Origin: an uncultured Acidobacteriota bacterium
GTDB lineage: Bacteria; Acidobacteriota; Vicinamibacteria; Fen-336
Length of the DNA: 64,000 nt
NCBI GenBank assembly: GCA_963744315.1
Contig: CAVUTB010000005.1
Coordinates: 267,899-331,898 of the forward strand
Direction: 5' to 3'
Below are positions 46,302-57,539 of the stretch, in pieces. Each line of letters opens with the position of its first letter. Positions within the stretch are counted from its first letter, which is position 1. The notes beneath the pieces are model-generated. The model did not search any database and was not told the DNA's origin. It saw only the letters and a program-made list of their open reading frames with translations. Position numbers and translations under genes: made by a program.

Positions 46302-46505
46302 ATGGGGAAGGCACGGCGCACCACTCACCGCAGCAGCAAGGGCAAGAAGCTCTACGCGGTCCGCGACGCGAAGGGACGCTTCAAGGACATCCAGACCTTC
46401 GAGCGCTCGCACCGCGCCGACCTGGCCAAGACTCGAACGCAAGTCGGAAGGCTATGGCCCGCAAGAAGGCCGGCCGCGCGCAGGGCCGCCGCGAAGAAGC
46501 GCTGA
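46302..46505 (+). CDS. Small basic hypothetical protein
   Basis: GGAGG RBS; MGKARRTTHRSSKGKKLYAVRDAKGRFKDIQTFERSH; the C-terminus may be frameshifted. Confidence 0.65.
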   Translation: MGKARRTTHRSSKGKKLYAVRDAKGRFKDIQTFERSHRADLAKTRTQVGRLWPARRPAARRAAAKKR

Positions 46506-46522
46506 ACGCGAGGCGCCGCACC

Positions 46523-47054
46523 GTGCGCAGGCTCGTCCTCGCCCTGGCCGCGACAGCTCTCGTCGCGTCGTCGGCTCCCGCGCAGCAGTTCAAGATGCCG
46601 CGCGTCGACCTCGACTACGACAAGGACGAAAACTTCGCGCTCTTCAAGACCTACAGCTGGAAGGACACCGAGGTCGTCGCCACCGACCCGGGGATGCACG
46701 CGCGCATCGTCTGGTACGTCGATCGCGAGCTCGAGAAGAAGGGCTTGAAGAAGTCGAAGGACGGCCCCGGCGACCTGCTGGTGCGCTACTACGCGAAGAA
46801 GGAAGAAGGCCTGAAGGGCACGTCGAGCCAGGGACAGACGGCGCTGCCCGGCGGCGCCGGCCAGCTCACGACCACCGTGGACTTCCAGAAGGTTCTCGAG
46901 GGTACCTTGCTGATCGAGCTTCAGCGCAGCAGGGACAACGGCCCTGTGCTGGCGCGCGGCGACCGAGTACAAGTCGATCGACAAGCAGAGCATCGACGCT
47001 GAGACGGCCTCGGCGGTGAAGCTGCTGATCAGCAAGTACCCGCCGCCCCGCTAG
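46523..47054 (+). CDS. Exported DUF4136-like protein; frameshift near 46950
   Basis: Signal peptide, DYDKDENFALFKTYSW, EGTLLIEL, C-terminal KYPP. Confidence 0.8.
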
Positions 47055-47074
47055 CGGGGGACGCCAGCGGGGGC

Positions 47075-47098
47075 TCGGGGGGTGCTCAAACCCCCCGA
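47075..47098. terminator. Hairpin downstream of the DUF4136 gene (terminator or REP-like)
   Basis: TCGGGGGG-tgctcaaa-CCCCCCGA 8-bp stem; no U-tract on the plus strand. Confidence 0.4.
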
Positions 47099-47201
47099 AA
47101 GCCGGCCCAGAGTCGGCGGTTTGCTCCTCGTCTGCCTGTCTTTGTCCGGTTCAGTCCCGCCAGGCTCGAGGTTCGCTCTCCTGACCTCGTCGTTGCGACC
47201 G

Positions 47202-47313
47202 AGCCGAGGTCGATGTCTCCGCGGCGACCGGGATCCCACGACGCATCCGTCAGCGTGACGGGGATGCATCGTGGGAGCCCTGCGGATCGCCGCTACCTGT
47301 GGCGACCTCGGCT
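47202..47313. repeat. Long nested inverted repeat (candidate structured RNA or REP/MITE-like element)
   Basis: Nested stems AGCCGAGGTCG/CGACCTCGGCT, GCGGCGA/TCGCCGC, TCCCACGA/TCGTGGGA, GCATCC/GGATGC, GTCA/TGAC. Confidence 0.7.
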
Positions 47314-47350
47314 TTGCCGAAAGACCAGCGACTTCGTCTGCATGGCGTTG

Positions 47351-47506
47351 TTACGATCGGTTACTCGTTCCGGAACGAGTAACGAAGGTAACGCTCCACT
47401 GCCCGTGCATCCGCAGCACGGCCTGCCAGAGCTGGCGCGCGAAAACCCAGGCAAGGGCGCCCAGGATCAGGACGGCAACCGTCGTCAGCAGCGCTTTCCT
47501 ACTCAT
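47351..47506 (-). CDS. Small single-TM protein (51 aa), not in the ORF track
   Basis: [36 protein letters not shown]...; ATG overlaps the permease stop (ATGAGTAG). Confidence 0.55.
   Translation of the reverse strand: MSRKALLTTVAVLILGALAWVFARQLWQAVLRMHGQWSVTFVTRSGTSNRS
47360..47383. repeat. Perfect 24-bp palindrome
   Basis: GTTACTCGTTCCGGAACGAGTAAC equals its own reverse complement. Confidence 0.85.
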
Positions 47507-49963
47507 GGGCGAGTGCCTCCCGCACGGGATGGCGCGACGCGTGCCAGGCCGGCACGAAGCTGGCCACGACGCCGAGCGTGATCGAGATCGCGAGCCAGCT
47601 CAGCACGCCGAGCGGCTCGAAGACGAAGTCCAGCCGGGTCCGGAACATCAACGTGACGAGCAGGTCCCCGAGCCCGCGGCTCACCGGCCAGGCCAGAAGG
47701 TCGCCAGCATCCCGCTCATGAGCCCGATCGCTGCGCCCTCCACGATCACGATCCGCCACACCAGCGAACGGCGAGGCGCCGATCGCGCGCAGCACGCCCA
47801 TCTCGCGACGGCGCTCGAGCACGTTGAGGCTCATGGTCGTCATCAGCCCGAGGCCGCCGACCGCGCCGCAGGATCGGCGACATCACGAGCAGGAACACGT
47901 AGATCATCAGCATGTGCTCGTCGAAGCCGCGGCGGCCGTCGTAGCGGCTGCTGCTCGTCGAGCGCCCGCACGCCTTCGGCGTCGAGGCTCTCGTCGAGCC
48001 GCTCCTTCGCCGCGGGCATCGCGGCCGGAGCCGCGTCGTCGAGCGCCAGGCGCAGGCTGTTGGTCGTGCCGCCGTGCCCGTGCGACTCGAAGAAGGCGAG
48101 CGGCACGTAGCGCGACGCCGGGCGAGAACGGCTCGCGCGCGATGCCGACCACCTGCCACGACACCTGCGCCGGCCCCATCGCCAGCGTGACCTCGGCGCC
48201 CGGCTCGAAGCCGGCCAGGCGCGCCGCGAGGCGGTCGTTCGCGACGAGCGCGTTGGTGTCGCCCGGACGCAGCCAGCGGCCCTTCACGATCTCGGGCGCG
48301 AGCATCCTCGAGTCGGCCGGCAGGGCGACGACCGTGAAGCGGTCGCGGTCGGCTGCGCCCGCGTGCGGGCCGCCCGCCGCCGCGCGTGGGGCCGCGCCGG
48401 CTGCGACCCCGGCGATCCCTGCCCGCGCGTCGCCGCGGCGCCCGGCGACGCTTCGGTGACGATCCAGCCCTCGTAGCCCTTCACGCCCGGCGTCCTGCGG
48501 ATCGCGCGCTCCACCTGCGCGAGCGGCACCATCTGCGCCGAGCGTCACCGACAGGTCCGACTTGCGCGCGGCGAGCAGGCGGTCGATCGTGCGTACGAGC
48601 GACGTCTGCACGTTGAGCGCCGACATGAAGAAGACGCCGGCGGTGGCGAGCGTCGCGATCGTGAGGACGAGCCGCGCCCGCCGCCTGAAGCTGTTGCGGA
48701 CCGAGAGCAGCAGCGGCCGGCTGGACCCGCGCACCCCGGCGAGCGCACGGTCGAAGCGCCGAGGCGCCGAACCCCGGCGCGCGCACCTCGTGGTCCGCGA
48801 GCGCCTCTCGCACCGAGACCGCGACGCCGCGAAGCACCGGCCGCGCCGCCGCCAGCACCGGCACGACGAGCCCGACCAGGGCCGCCAGCAGGAACACCCA
48901 GGCCGGCACCGCGAAGCTCGCGATGTCGAAGTTCAGGAACACCGACAGGTAGCGGCTGAGCGCCCGGCCGCCCCAGAGGCCCGCCGGCACCGCCACCACG
49001 AAGGCCGCGCCGCCCGAGCACGAGCGCCTGCGCCAGGTAGAGTCCGCGCGATCCGCCCGTCGCTGCCGCCGATCGCCTTCATCACGCCGATCTGGCGGAC
49101 CTGCGAGGCGACGAGCGCCGTCAGCAGGTTCACCACCAGGACGCCGCTCAGCGCGAGCGCGAAGAAGCCGAAGCTCGCCATCAGGAGCAGCAGCAGGCCC
49201 ATCAGGTCGGCGTGCGGGTGCTGCCCCGGCTTCGGGACGTCGACGCGCCGCACGCTGCGCCGCGGCCTTCGACGAAGCGCCGCGACGCCCGTCGACGACG
49301 CCGCGGACGTGCGCCTCGTCCATCCGGTCGCCGGCCACGAGCAGCTTGAGCTGGTCGAGGTACGGCTCCTCGCCGAGCTCGGCGAGCGTCGCGAGCGTGA
49401 CGTAGCCGTAGACGACCTGCTCCATCCGCGCCTGGGCCTGCCCGACGTCGGCCACGCGTGCCGCTCACGCGCAGCGTGCGCTCGACGCCGCCGGGCGTGC
49501 GCACCTTCACGCTCCTGCCCGATCCGCGCGTTCACGACCTGGAGCGCGTCGCGCTCGACCAGCATCTCGCCCGTCGCGGGCGGCCAGGCGCCCTGCTGCG
49601 GCGTGAGCCGGCTGATGCGGACGTCCGCGTAGTCCGGACCACGAAGAGCTGGAGGTTGCGCCACTCGCCCGGGCCGGCCTTGATCCGACCGCGCAGGCTG
49701 CGGCGGCCTTCGACCTCGCCGACGCCCGGCTGCTCGGCGAGCGCGCGGACGAGCGCGTCGTCGAGCCGGTCGACGAAGAGCGTGGCCGAGGCGGGGTTCG
49801 TCGCGAGGTAGCCCCGGTTCAGCTCGCGCGTCAGGATCGCGTACGCCGACAGCACGCCCGAGAAGGCGGCGATCCCGAGCGCGATCGCGAGCACCACGAG
49901 CGCCGTGCGGGTGCGCTCGCGCCACAGGTCGCGCAGGATCTTGCGCCGATAGGCCGTGGTCAT
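47499..49963 (-). CDS. FtsX/MacB-like ABC permease (double permease, ~800 aa); many frameshifts
   Basis: [64 protein letters not shown]. Confidence 0.88.
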
Positions 49964-50662
49964 CGGGTCGCGGCTCCGTCCACCAGCTCGACGCGCGCGG
50001 TCGACGCCGGCGAGGTCGCGCTCGTGCGTGGCGACGATCACGGTCGTGCCGCGGTCCGAGAGCGAGCAGAGCAGGTCCAGCACGACCGCCGCGGTGTCCG
50101 AGTCGAGGTTGCCCGTGGGCTCGTCGGCCACGACGATCCGCGGGTCGTTCGCGAGCGCGCGCGCGATCGCGGCGCGCTGCTGCTGTCCGCCGGAGAGCTG
50201 CGGCGGGCAGCTTGTCGGCCTGGTCGGCGATCCCGACCCGCGCGAGCAGCTCGAGCGCGCGCGGACGCCGCTCGCGGGGCGCCCGCACGTCGCAGAAGTC
50301 CATCGGCAGCATCACGTTCTCGGCCACCGTGAGCGTCGGCAGCAGCTGGAAGAACTGGAACACGACGCCGACCGTCCTTCCCCGCCAGCGGCGACAGCGC
50401 CTCCTCGGGCATCTCGTGCACCGCTCGCGCCGGCGACCACGACCTCGCCACGGCTGGGCCGGTCGATCCCGGCGATCAGGTTCAGCAGCGTCGACTTGCC
50501 GCTGCCCGATCGGCCCGTCACGGCCACGAGCTCTCCCGCGGCGAGCTCCAGGTCCACCTCGCGGAGCGCCGGCCAGGTGCCCGCCGGCGTCGCGTAGCTC
50601 TTCGAGACCTTGCGCAGCGAGATCAGGCTCTCGCTCGGGGATGCGGCCGGCGGGTGGCTCAT
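49960..50662 (-). CDS. ABC ATP-binding protein (LolD/MacB-type); frameshifts
   Basis: [37 protein letters not shown]. Confidence 0.92.
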
Positions 50663-50685
50663 GCACGGCAGCCTAGGCCGCCGGC

Positions 50686-50726
50686 GCTGAACGGCCCTTG
50701 AACGGCGCGTTCAGGTGCCGTTCAGC
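50686..50726. promoter_or_regulatory. Probable OmpR-family response regulator binding site between divergent operons
   Basis: TGAACGGC direct repeats at 50688 and 50699 (11-bp period) mirrored by two GTTCA copies; outer arms GCTGAACGGC/GCCGTTCAGC are perfectly inverted. Confidence 0.7.
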
Positions 50727-50746
50727 CGGGTCTGCACTATAAGAAG

Positions 50747-51416
50747 GTGTTGCGGATCCTGGTCGTCGAAGACGAGGCGGTCCTGGCCGGGCAGCTGGCC
50801 GAGGCGCTCGCCGAGGCGGGCTACGCCGTCGACCGCGCGAGCGACGGTGTCGAGGCCGAGTTCCTCGGCCAGACCGAGACCTACGACGCGGTGGTGCTCG
50901 ACCTCGGCCTGCCCAGGCTCGACGGGCTGACGCGTGCTGCGGCGTTGGCGCGAGGCCGGGCTCGCGGTGCCCGTGCTGGTCCTCACCGCGCGCGGCAGCT
51001 GGCACGAGAAGGTCCAGGGCATCGACGGCGGCGCGGACGACTACGTCGCCAAGCCGTTCCGGATCGAGGAGGTGCTCGCGCGCCTGCGGGCGCTCATCCG
51101 CCGCGCGAGCGGGCAGGCTCACCCCGAGCTGCGCGCCGGGGCGCTCGTGCTCGACCCGCGGCTCGCGCGGGTGACGCGTCGACGGCAAGCCCGTGAAGCT
51201 GACGGGCCACGAGTTCCGCGTGCTCTCGTACCTGATGCACCAGCGCGGGCGCGTGGTCTCGCAGGGCGAGCTGCACGGAGCACATCTACGCGCTCGGATC
51301 CGACCGCGACTCGAACACCGTCGAGGTGTTCGTCGCGCGGCTGCGGCGCAAGCTCGGGGCCGCGCTCGATCCAGACGGTGCGCGGCCTCGGCTACCGCGT
51401 CGGCGGCGAGGAGTAG
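50747..51416 (+). CDS. OmpR/PhoP-family response regulator; frameshifts
   Basis: RILVVED, LDLGLPRLDG, LTARGSW, GADDYVAKPF, IQTVRGLGY. Confidence 0.93.
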
Positions 51417-51420
51417 CCGC

Positions 51421-52438
51421 CTGCGCTCGCTCCGCTCGCGCGTGGTCCTGGGCGCCGTGCTCTGGACGATCGGGCTCTTCACCGCGGCCGGGGTCGCGAT
51501 GACCTCATCATGCTGCACGTTCCCGACGCGGGCCGCACCTTCCACCGCCCCTTCATGCACACGCTGCCGGCCACTGCTGGTCGCGCTCGGCTGCATGCTC
51601 TGGGGCCTCGTCGCAGGTGCGCAAGGGCTTCGCGCCGTTCGAGCGGCTCCGCGCGCGGCTCCTGGCGACGTGCGCGACGGCCGCCACGCGCGGATCGAGG
51701 GGGACTACCCGAGCGAGGTGCAGCCGCTCGTGAGCGACCTGAACGCGCTGCTCGACCAGCGCGAGCGCGCGGTCGCGCGCGCCCAGGCCAAGGCCGGCGA
51801 CCTCGCCCACGGCCTCAAGACGCCGCTCGCGGTGCTCGCGCAGGAGGCGGAGCGCGCCGCGGCCGCGGGCCACGCCGAGCTCGCCGCGACTGCTGCGGCA
51901 GCAGGTCGAGCGCATGCGCGGCCAGGTGGACTACCACCTCGCGCAGGCGGGCGCCGCCGCCGGCGCCACCGCGACCGCGCACTGCTCCGTCCGCGAATCC
52001 GCCGAAGGGCTCGCGCGCACGCTGCTGCGGCTCCACGCCGAGCGCGGCCTCGCGATCGACGTCGCGGTCGACCCCGAGCACGCCATCCGCGGCCGGCGCG
52101 AGGACCTCGACGAGATGCTCGGCAACCTGCTCGACAACGCCTGCAAGTGGGCGCGGTCGCGCGTGCGCGTCGGCTCGGCGCTCGCGGACACGAGCGTCGT
52201 GCTCACGGTCGACGACGACGGCCCCGGCCTCGATCCCGCGCTGCGCGAGCGGGTGCTGCAGCGCGGCGTGCGCGCCGACGAGGCCGCGCCGGGCACGGGC
52301 ATCGGCCTCGCGATCGTGCGCGATCTCGCCGAGCTCTACGGCGGACGCATCGCGCTCGAGCGCGCGCCCATGGGCGGCCTGCGCGCCGAGCTCCGGCTTC
52401 CCGCGCGCGGCCGGGGCGACGTCAGCGACGCAGGCTGA
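51421..52438 (+). CDS. Sensor histidine kinase (PhoQ-like); frameshifts, start approximate
   Basis: YPSEVQPLV, DLAHGLKTPL, GNLLDNACKWA, DDDGPG, GTGIGLAIV. Confidence 0.9.
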
Positions 52439-55240
52439 GCACCAGGCTCGGGTCGACCGGATAGCGGCCGGTCTCCTCGCCGTACACCGCGAGCCCGCCG
52501 GCGAGCGCCTCGTCGACCTCGAGCCGCACGCGGAACTCGCCCGCCTGCGCCGCGGCGCGCACGGCCGCGGCGGGAAGCGTCGCCGAGACGAGATAGCCGT
52601 ACGAGCCCGCCTCGTCGAGGTGGCCGTCCCGCTTCTGCGCGTGCCAGGACAGCAGGCCCCGGTGGTCGGCCGGATCGTCCGGCAGCTCGAAGGCTCCCGC
52701 GGCGACGCCGTTCACCACCACGCGCACGGCACTCGGGTAGCGCACGGTGTCGGTCATCGGGTAGGCGTTGCGGTTCAGCCCGGGATCGTGCGTGCCGCGG
52801 CCGAGCATGAAGTCGCCTTGCACCTTGTCCTTCTCCGGCCGGTCCTTGCCGAAGAGCTGCTTCGCGCCGAGCTCCGCCACGAAGCTCGCGCCCTCGACCG
52901 CCTCGGCGCCGAGGCCCGCCGGCCAGGGCAGCCGATACTCGAAGGCGCCGGCGCCGGCGCCGTTCTGCTTGCGGCCGCCGAGCGCCGGCCACTGCCGCAC
53001 GCCGAAGCGCGCCTCGGCGAACCGGCCCGGCGCCACGCGCAGCACGCGCAGGCTGCGCTCGCCTTCCCGGAGCGTCTCGTCGCGCGGCGAGGCGCCCTCC
53101 CCCACCGCGAAGCTCGTGAAGTTCCGGACCAGCACCCGCCCGCCGCCGTCCTCGAGCGTCGCGCGCAGGACGGCGAGCGCGCGAACCGGCGGCATCGGCA
53201 CCGCGACGGGCTCGAGTGCCCGCGACAGCCACGGCTCGAAGGCGACCTCTCGCTCGCCCTTCCACCACTCGCGATAGCGGCCGAGCGTGTCGTGCCCGAC
53301 GAGCTCGAGCCGCAGCCGCAGCGGCCCCCCCGGCGCCGCGTCGGTCAGGAACGACGCCCAGAGCGGGACCGGCACGCGTCTCGCCGGGCTTCGCCGCGCT
53401 CACCGGATAGGCGCCGATCGCGACGTAGAACGGCCCGTGCCAGTCGCGGAGCGACATGCCGGGCACCAGCTCGCCCAGGCCCGTCTCCTTCTCCGAGCGG
53501 TCGGCGCGCACGTAGCCGTTCCACTCGTTGATCACGTCGTGGTGCTCGGTGTAGAGCCAGCCGGCCGTCTTCGGGTGGCGCCGGAACTCGTCGAGCATCG
53601 CGTGGTAGTCGAAGCTCCAGTCGACGTCGCCCGGTCGAGCCCTCGTAGCCCCAGACGTTGCCGCACTCGCTGTTGAGCATCGGCTCGCCGCGCTGGCTGC
53701 GGCCGCCCAGGTAGTTCCAGTTCGAGCCCGGCTTCGTCCCGGCCTCGGCCTTGTCGAGCTCTTCCTTCCACTTCCACCCCGGCAGGTACATGTGCCAGGT
53801 GTTGAGGTCGGTCTTGACGTGGCCGCCGGTCTCGCAGCAGGGCGAGTTGTCCTCGACGAGGCGCGTCGGGTCGAGCGCCTTCGCGAGGTCGTAGGTCGTC
53901 ACGACCCACGCCTGCGTCTCGGGCAGGTACGCCTTCTTCTCGCCGGTCGGAGGCGTGAGCAGCCCCCACTGCTCGTTGAACAGCACCCACGAGAAGATCG
54001 ACGGGTGGTTGAAGTCGCGCCTCAGCATCCCGCGGAAAGCCGTCTCCCACTCCTTCTTCATCGCGGCGTCGGGCTCGCCCCACGAGTTCGGCACGTCGCT
54101 CATCACCAGCACCCCGAGCCGGTCGGCCCAGTAGAGCTTGCGCGGCAGCTCGACCTTCACGTGGGTGCGGATCGCGTTGAGGCCCAGCCGGCGCGCGATC
54201 AGCACCTCCTCGCGCATCGCCGCGTCGCTCGGCCAGGTGTAGAAGCCGTCGGGATGCCAGCCCTGGTCGAGGGTGAGCTGGAGGTAGAGCGGCTTGCCGT
54301 TGAGCGAGACGTACGGGTGGCCGAGGCCCGGCAGCTTCGCGACGCCGATCTCGCGGAAGCCGAAGTACGTCTTCACCCGGTCCTCGCCCGACGACGTCGT
54401 GAGCGACAGCGTCGCGTCGTAGAGGTGCGGATCCTCGAGCGACCACAGCCGCGGGCTGGCGCCGAGCGGCAGCGTGAGCGCGCGCCTCGCGCGCGCCGGC
54501 CGTGAGCGCCTGCCGCGCCTCGAGCGCGGGAGCGCCCGGCGACGCGGCGGGGACGCGTAGAAGCGCCACGCGCCCCCGCGGGCGCCGGGTCGCTCAGCCG
54601 GAGGCGCAGCTCGACGCGCTTCTCCGCGAGGCTCGGGTGGACCTCGAACGAGTCCACGTAGACCGCGGGACGCGCCTCGAGGTACACCGTCTGCCAGAGG
54701 CCGCGCGCCTTGCCGTAGCCCTGCTTGCCTTCGAGCTTGAACGCGTGGGGCGTGTCGTCCACGCGCAGCACGAGCCTCTGGTCCTGGCCGGGCTTCGCGC
54801 GCCTTCGTCAGCTCCAGCTCGAACGGCGTGTAGCCGCCCTGATAGCCGCCGATCGGCTGGCCGTCGAGCCAGCCGCTCGTCTTCCAGTCGGACGCGCCGA
54901 CGACGAGGAAGACGCGCTTCCCCTTCCAGCTCTCGGGCACCCGGATGGTCCGCGCGTACCACGCGACGTCGGCCTCGTCGGGGACGCCGGACAGCTTCGA
55001 GCCCCACGGGAACGGCACGTGGATCGTGCGCGGGAACGCGGCCGGCGCGCTCTCGAACCAGCGCTCGCCCTCGCCCTTGCCGTCCTTGTCGAACCGGAAG
55101 GACCAGTCGCCGTTCAGGTTGACCCACTCCGCGCGCTCCAGGTCGGGCCGCGGGTGCTCGGGCAGGGGGATCTCGGTGCCCTGCGCGTGCAGAGGCGTTG
55201 CGACGACGAAGAGCAACAACGAGAGGGATGCGCCGCGCAT
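52422..55240 (-). CDS. Exported glycoside hydrolase family 2 protein; several frameshifts
   Basis: Signal peptide, EHPRPDLER, NLNGDWSF, GGYTPF, LWSLEDPHLY, YFGFRE, LDQGWHPDG, FNHPSIFSWVLFNE, MLNSECG. Confidence 0.92.
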
Positions 55241-55252
55241 GATGCCTACCTC

Positions 55253-56108
55253 CTACTCGCCTTCCACCAGCACCGCCCAGATCGGCAGATGATCGCTCGC
55301 GCCACGGTTGTCGCGGACGATGCCGAGCACATTGTCGCCCGCGGCGAGGCGGAGGCGCTTCGTGACGACGTGATCGTAGCTCATGCTGGCGATGGGGATG
55401 CCCAGCAGCCGGAAGCGCGTCGTCTTGCCCAGCGTGCGCGTCGGCCAGGCGAATCCGGCGCGCTCGAGCTCCGCGACCTTGCCGTGGGAGTTGAAGTCGC
55501 CCAGGATCACCACCGGGTCGGCCGACGCGGAGGCGTCCTCCGCCAGCACGCGCAGCTCGTGCTTGCGCGAGCCGCCGGAGATCGCGAGCGGCGACGGCAG
55601 GTGGACCGAGTAGGCGCGGATGCGCGAGGCTCCGCGCACGACCGTCGCGATCGTCGCGGAGCGCCGGAGGCCGCTGCCGCGCGCGCCGTGCGGCAGCACG
55701 AGCTTGCGCGGCTCGACGAGCGGCCACGGCGACGAGCAGCGCGCAGCCGAAGTCGCGCTCGTACTTCGGGTGGACGCCGCTCGGGAAGTAGACCGCGTTC
55801 ATCCCGAGCGCCTTCGCGATCCGCTCGGTGCCGGGCGCGTCCATCTCCTGGAGAGCGAGGAGGTCGGCGTCGCTGCAGCGGCTCGGTGCTGCGCAGCACC
55901 TCGATCGCGCGCTCGATCTGGATCGCGTAGTTCGATGTTGAAGCTGACGACGCGCAGCGGCTGCGCGGCTCGCCGGCGCGGCTCGGGCGCTTCTGCCTCG
56001 CGAGCGGAACTGGTAGAAGGGCGCCGCCGGCTCGAGGTAGTTCTTCGCGGACGCGCAGCCGAGGCCGGCCGCGGCGAGGAGCGCCGCGGCCAGGCGCCGC
56101 CCGCTCAC
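55253..56108 (-). CDS. Endonuclease/exonuclease/phosphatase-family lipoprotein; frameshifts
   Basis: Lipobox GLGC, LALQEMD, VHL, ILGDFN, YDHV, ASDHLPI. Confidence 0.88.
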
Positions 56109-56110
56109 TC

Positions 56111-56395
56111 CTAGCTTCCGCCGACCTTGCGTGGCAGGCTCGTCTTGCCGAAGCCCTGCGTGTTGGTCGCGGTCTTCTTCCAGGGCTGGTGCGTCTTGTG
56201 GCGCGGCGGACCGCTCGCGGCCTTCGAGGTGTCCGCGGCGGCGGGAGCCGGCGCGTCCGCGGCGGCCTTCTCGCGCGCCTGGCGCGCCTTGGCCTCGTCC
56301 GCGGCGAGGTGGCACTGCTTGTACTTCTTCCCCGAACCGCAGTGGCAGGGATCGTTGCGTCCCGGTGTGGCTTGCAAGTTGTCCTCCGCCCTCAC
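56111..56395 (-). CDS. Stand-alone SEC-C motif protein
   Basis: GRNDPCHCGSGKKYKQCH followed by a basic low-complexity tail. Confidence 0.8.
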   Translation of the reverse strand: MRAEDNLQATPGRNDPCHCGSGKKYKQCHLAADEAKARQAREKAAADAPAPAAADTSKAASGPPRHKTHQPWKKTATNTQGFGKTSLPRKVGGS

Positions 56396-57499
56396 TCTAT
56401 CAGCGGCGCCGCGTGAAGCCCAACACGACGCCCGCGCCGAAGAGCAGCCCCTCCCACGCGCCGAGCGCCATGCGCGTGAGCGGGCCGAGGTCGGGCTCGC
56501 CGAGCCGGCGCGCGAGCGGCGCGAGGCCGACCTGCGAGCCCTGGAACGAGCGCGCGATCCTCGTTGAGGCTCGCCCCGGCGAGCGTCGCGCCGAGGAGCG
56601 AGACCAGGACGCAGCCGGCCGCGGTCGCGAGCCCCGTCGCCGCCGCCGCGCGCAGCCGCGCGGGCGCGTCGAGGCCGCTGCCCTGGGGCGGCCGGGCCGA
56701 CAGCCCGTACGCGAGACCCACGAGCGCCCCGATCGCGAGGCCCTCGGCCCCGCCGCCGACCGCCGGGATCGCCCGACCGAACAGGCCCGCGATCGTCCAG
56801 CGGCCGACCGTGTGCGCGACGACGCCGATCGCCCCGCCGCCGGCCGCCGCGCACACCATCAGCACGAGCGGGCGGAGCGATCGGGCGCGCGACTCGCCGA
56901 GCGCGAGGCCCCAGCCGACGCCGAGCCCGCCGATGGCCCCGGCCAGGGCGCCCACGAAGCCGAGCGCGATCCCCACGGTCGCCGGCACGTTCCAGTCGCC
57001 CGCCCAGCGCAGCAGGAGCCCGCCGCCGAGACCGCCCACGAGGCCGGCGAGGGCGCCGCCACCCGCGGCCCCGGCCGCGCGTCCGAACGGAACGCCCGCC
57101 CGACTCTCCTCCGGGCGTCGCGGCGCGGCCGCGCTCGGCCGGCCGCGTCAGGGCGTCCGGCTCGACCGCCACGTCCGCGAACACGAACCGGTAGCCGTGG
57201 CGCGAGACGGTCCGGATGTAGCGCGGCTCGCGCGGGTCGTCCCCGAGCGCTCGGCGCAGCGTGCGCACCGCCTGGCTGAGCGCGCCGTCCGAGACGACGA
57301 CGTCCGACCAGACGCTGTCGAAGATCAGCCGCCGGCCGACCACCTCGTTCCGGCGCTCGACGAGCAGCAGCAGCAGGTCGAAGTAGCGCGGGATGAGCGG
57401 CACCTCGCGCCCGCCTTCGAGCAGCAGGCGCCGCGCCGGCGCCAGCACGAACGCGCCGAACCGGTAGCAGACGGCCGCCGGCTCGCCCGTGGAGGCCAC
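56392..57499 (-). CDS. Winged-helix (Trans_reg_C, CadC/ToxR-like) regulator with multi-TM C-terminus; frameshifts
   Basis: YRFGAFVL, VWSDVVVSDGALSQAVRTLRRALGDD, YIRTVSRHGYRF; Gly/Ala-rich TM region 56392..57039. Confidence 0.85.
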
Positions 57500-57539
57500 C
57501 GCGGAATGCTAACGGCGATCCGCGGTTCGGTGGGAGGCG

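Noticed and set aside
47100-47394. Integron attC cassette or CRISPR array
   Set aside because: No complementary attC end, no integrase, no direct repeat-spacer periodicity and no cas genes
56111-57499. wHTH-SEC-C fusion implied by the 462-aa ORF
   Set aside because: The middle is out-of-frame Arg/Gly-rich text; the membrane domain is in another frame and ends near 56392
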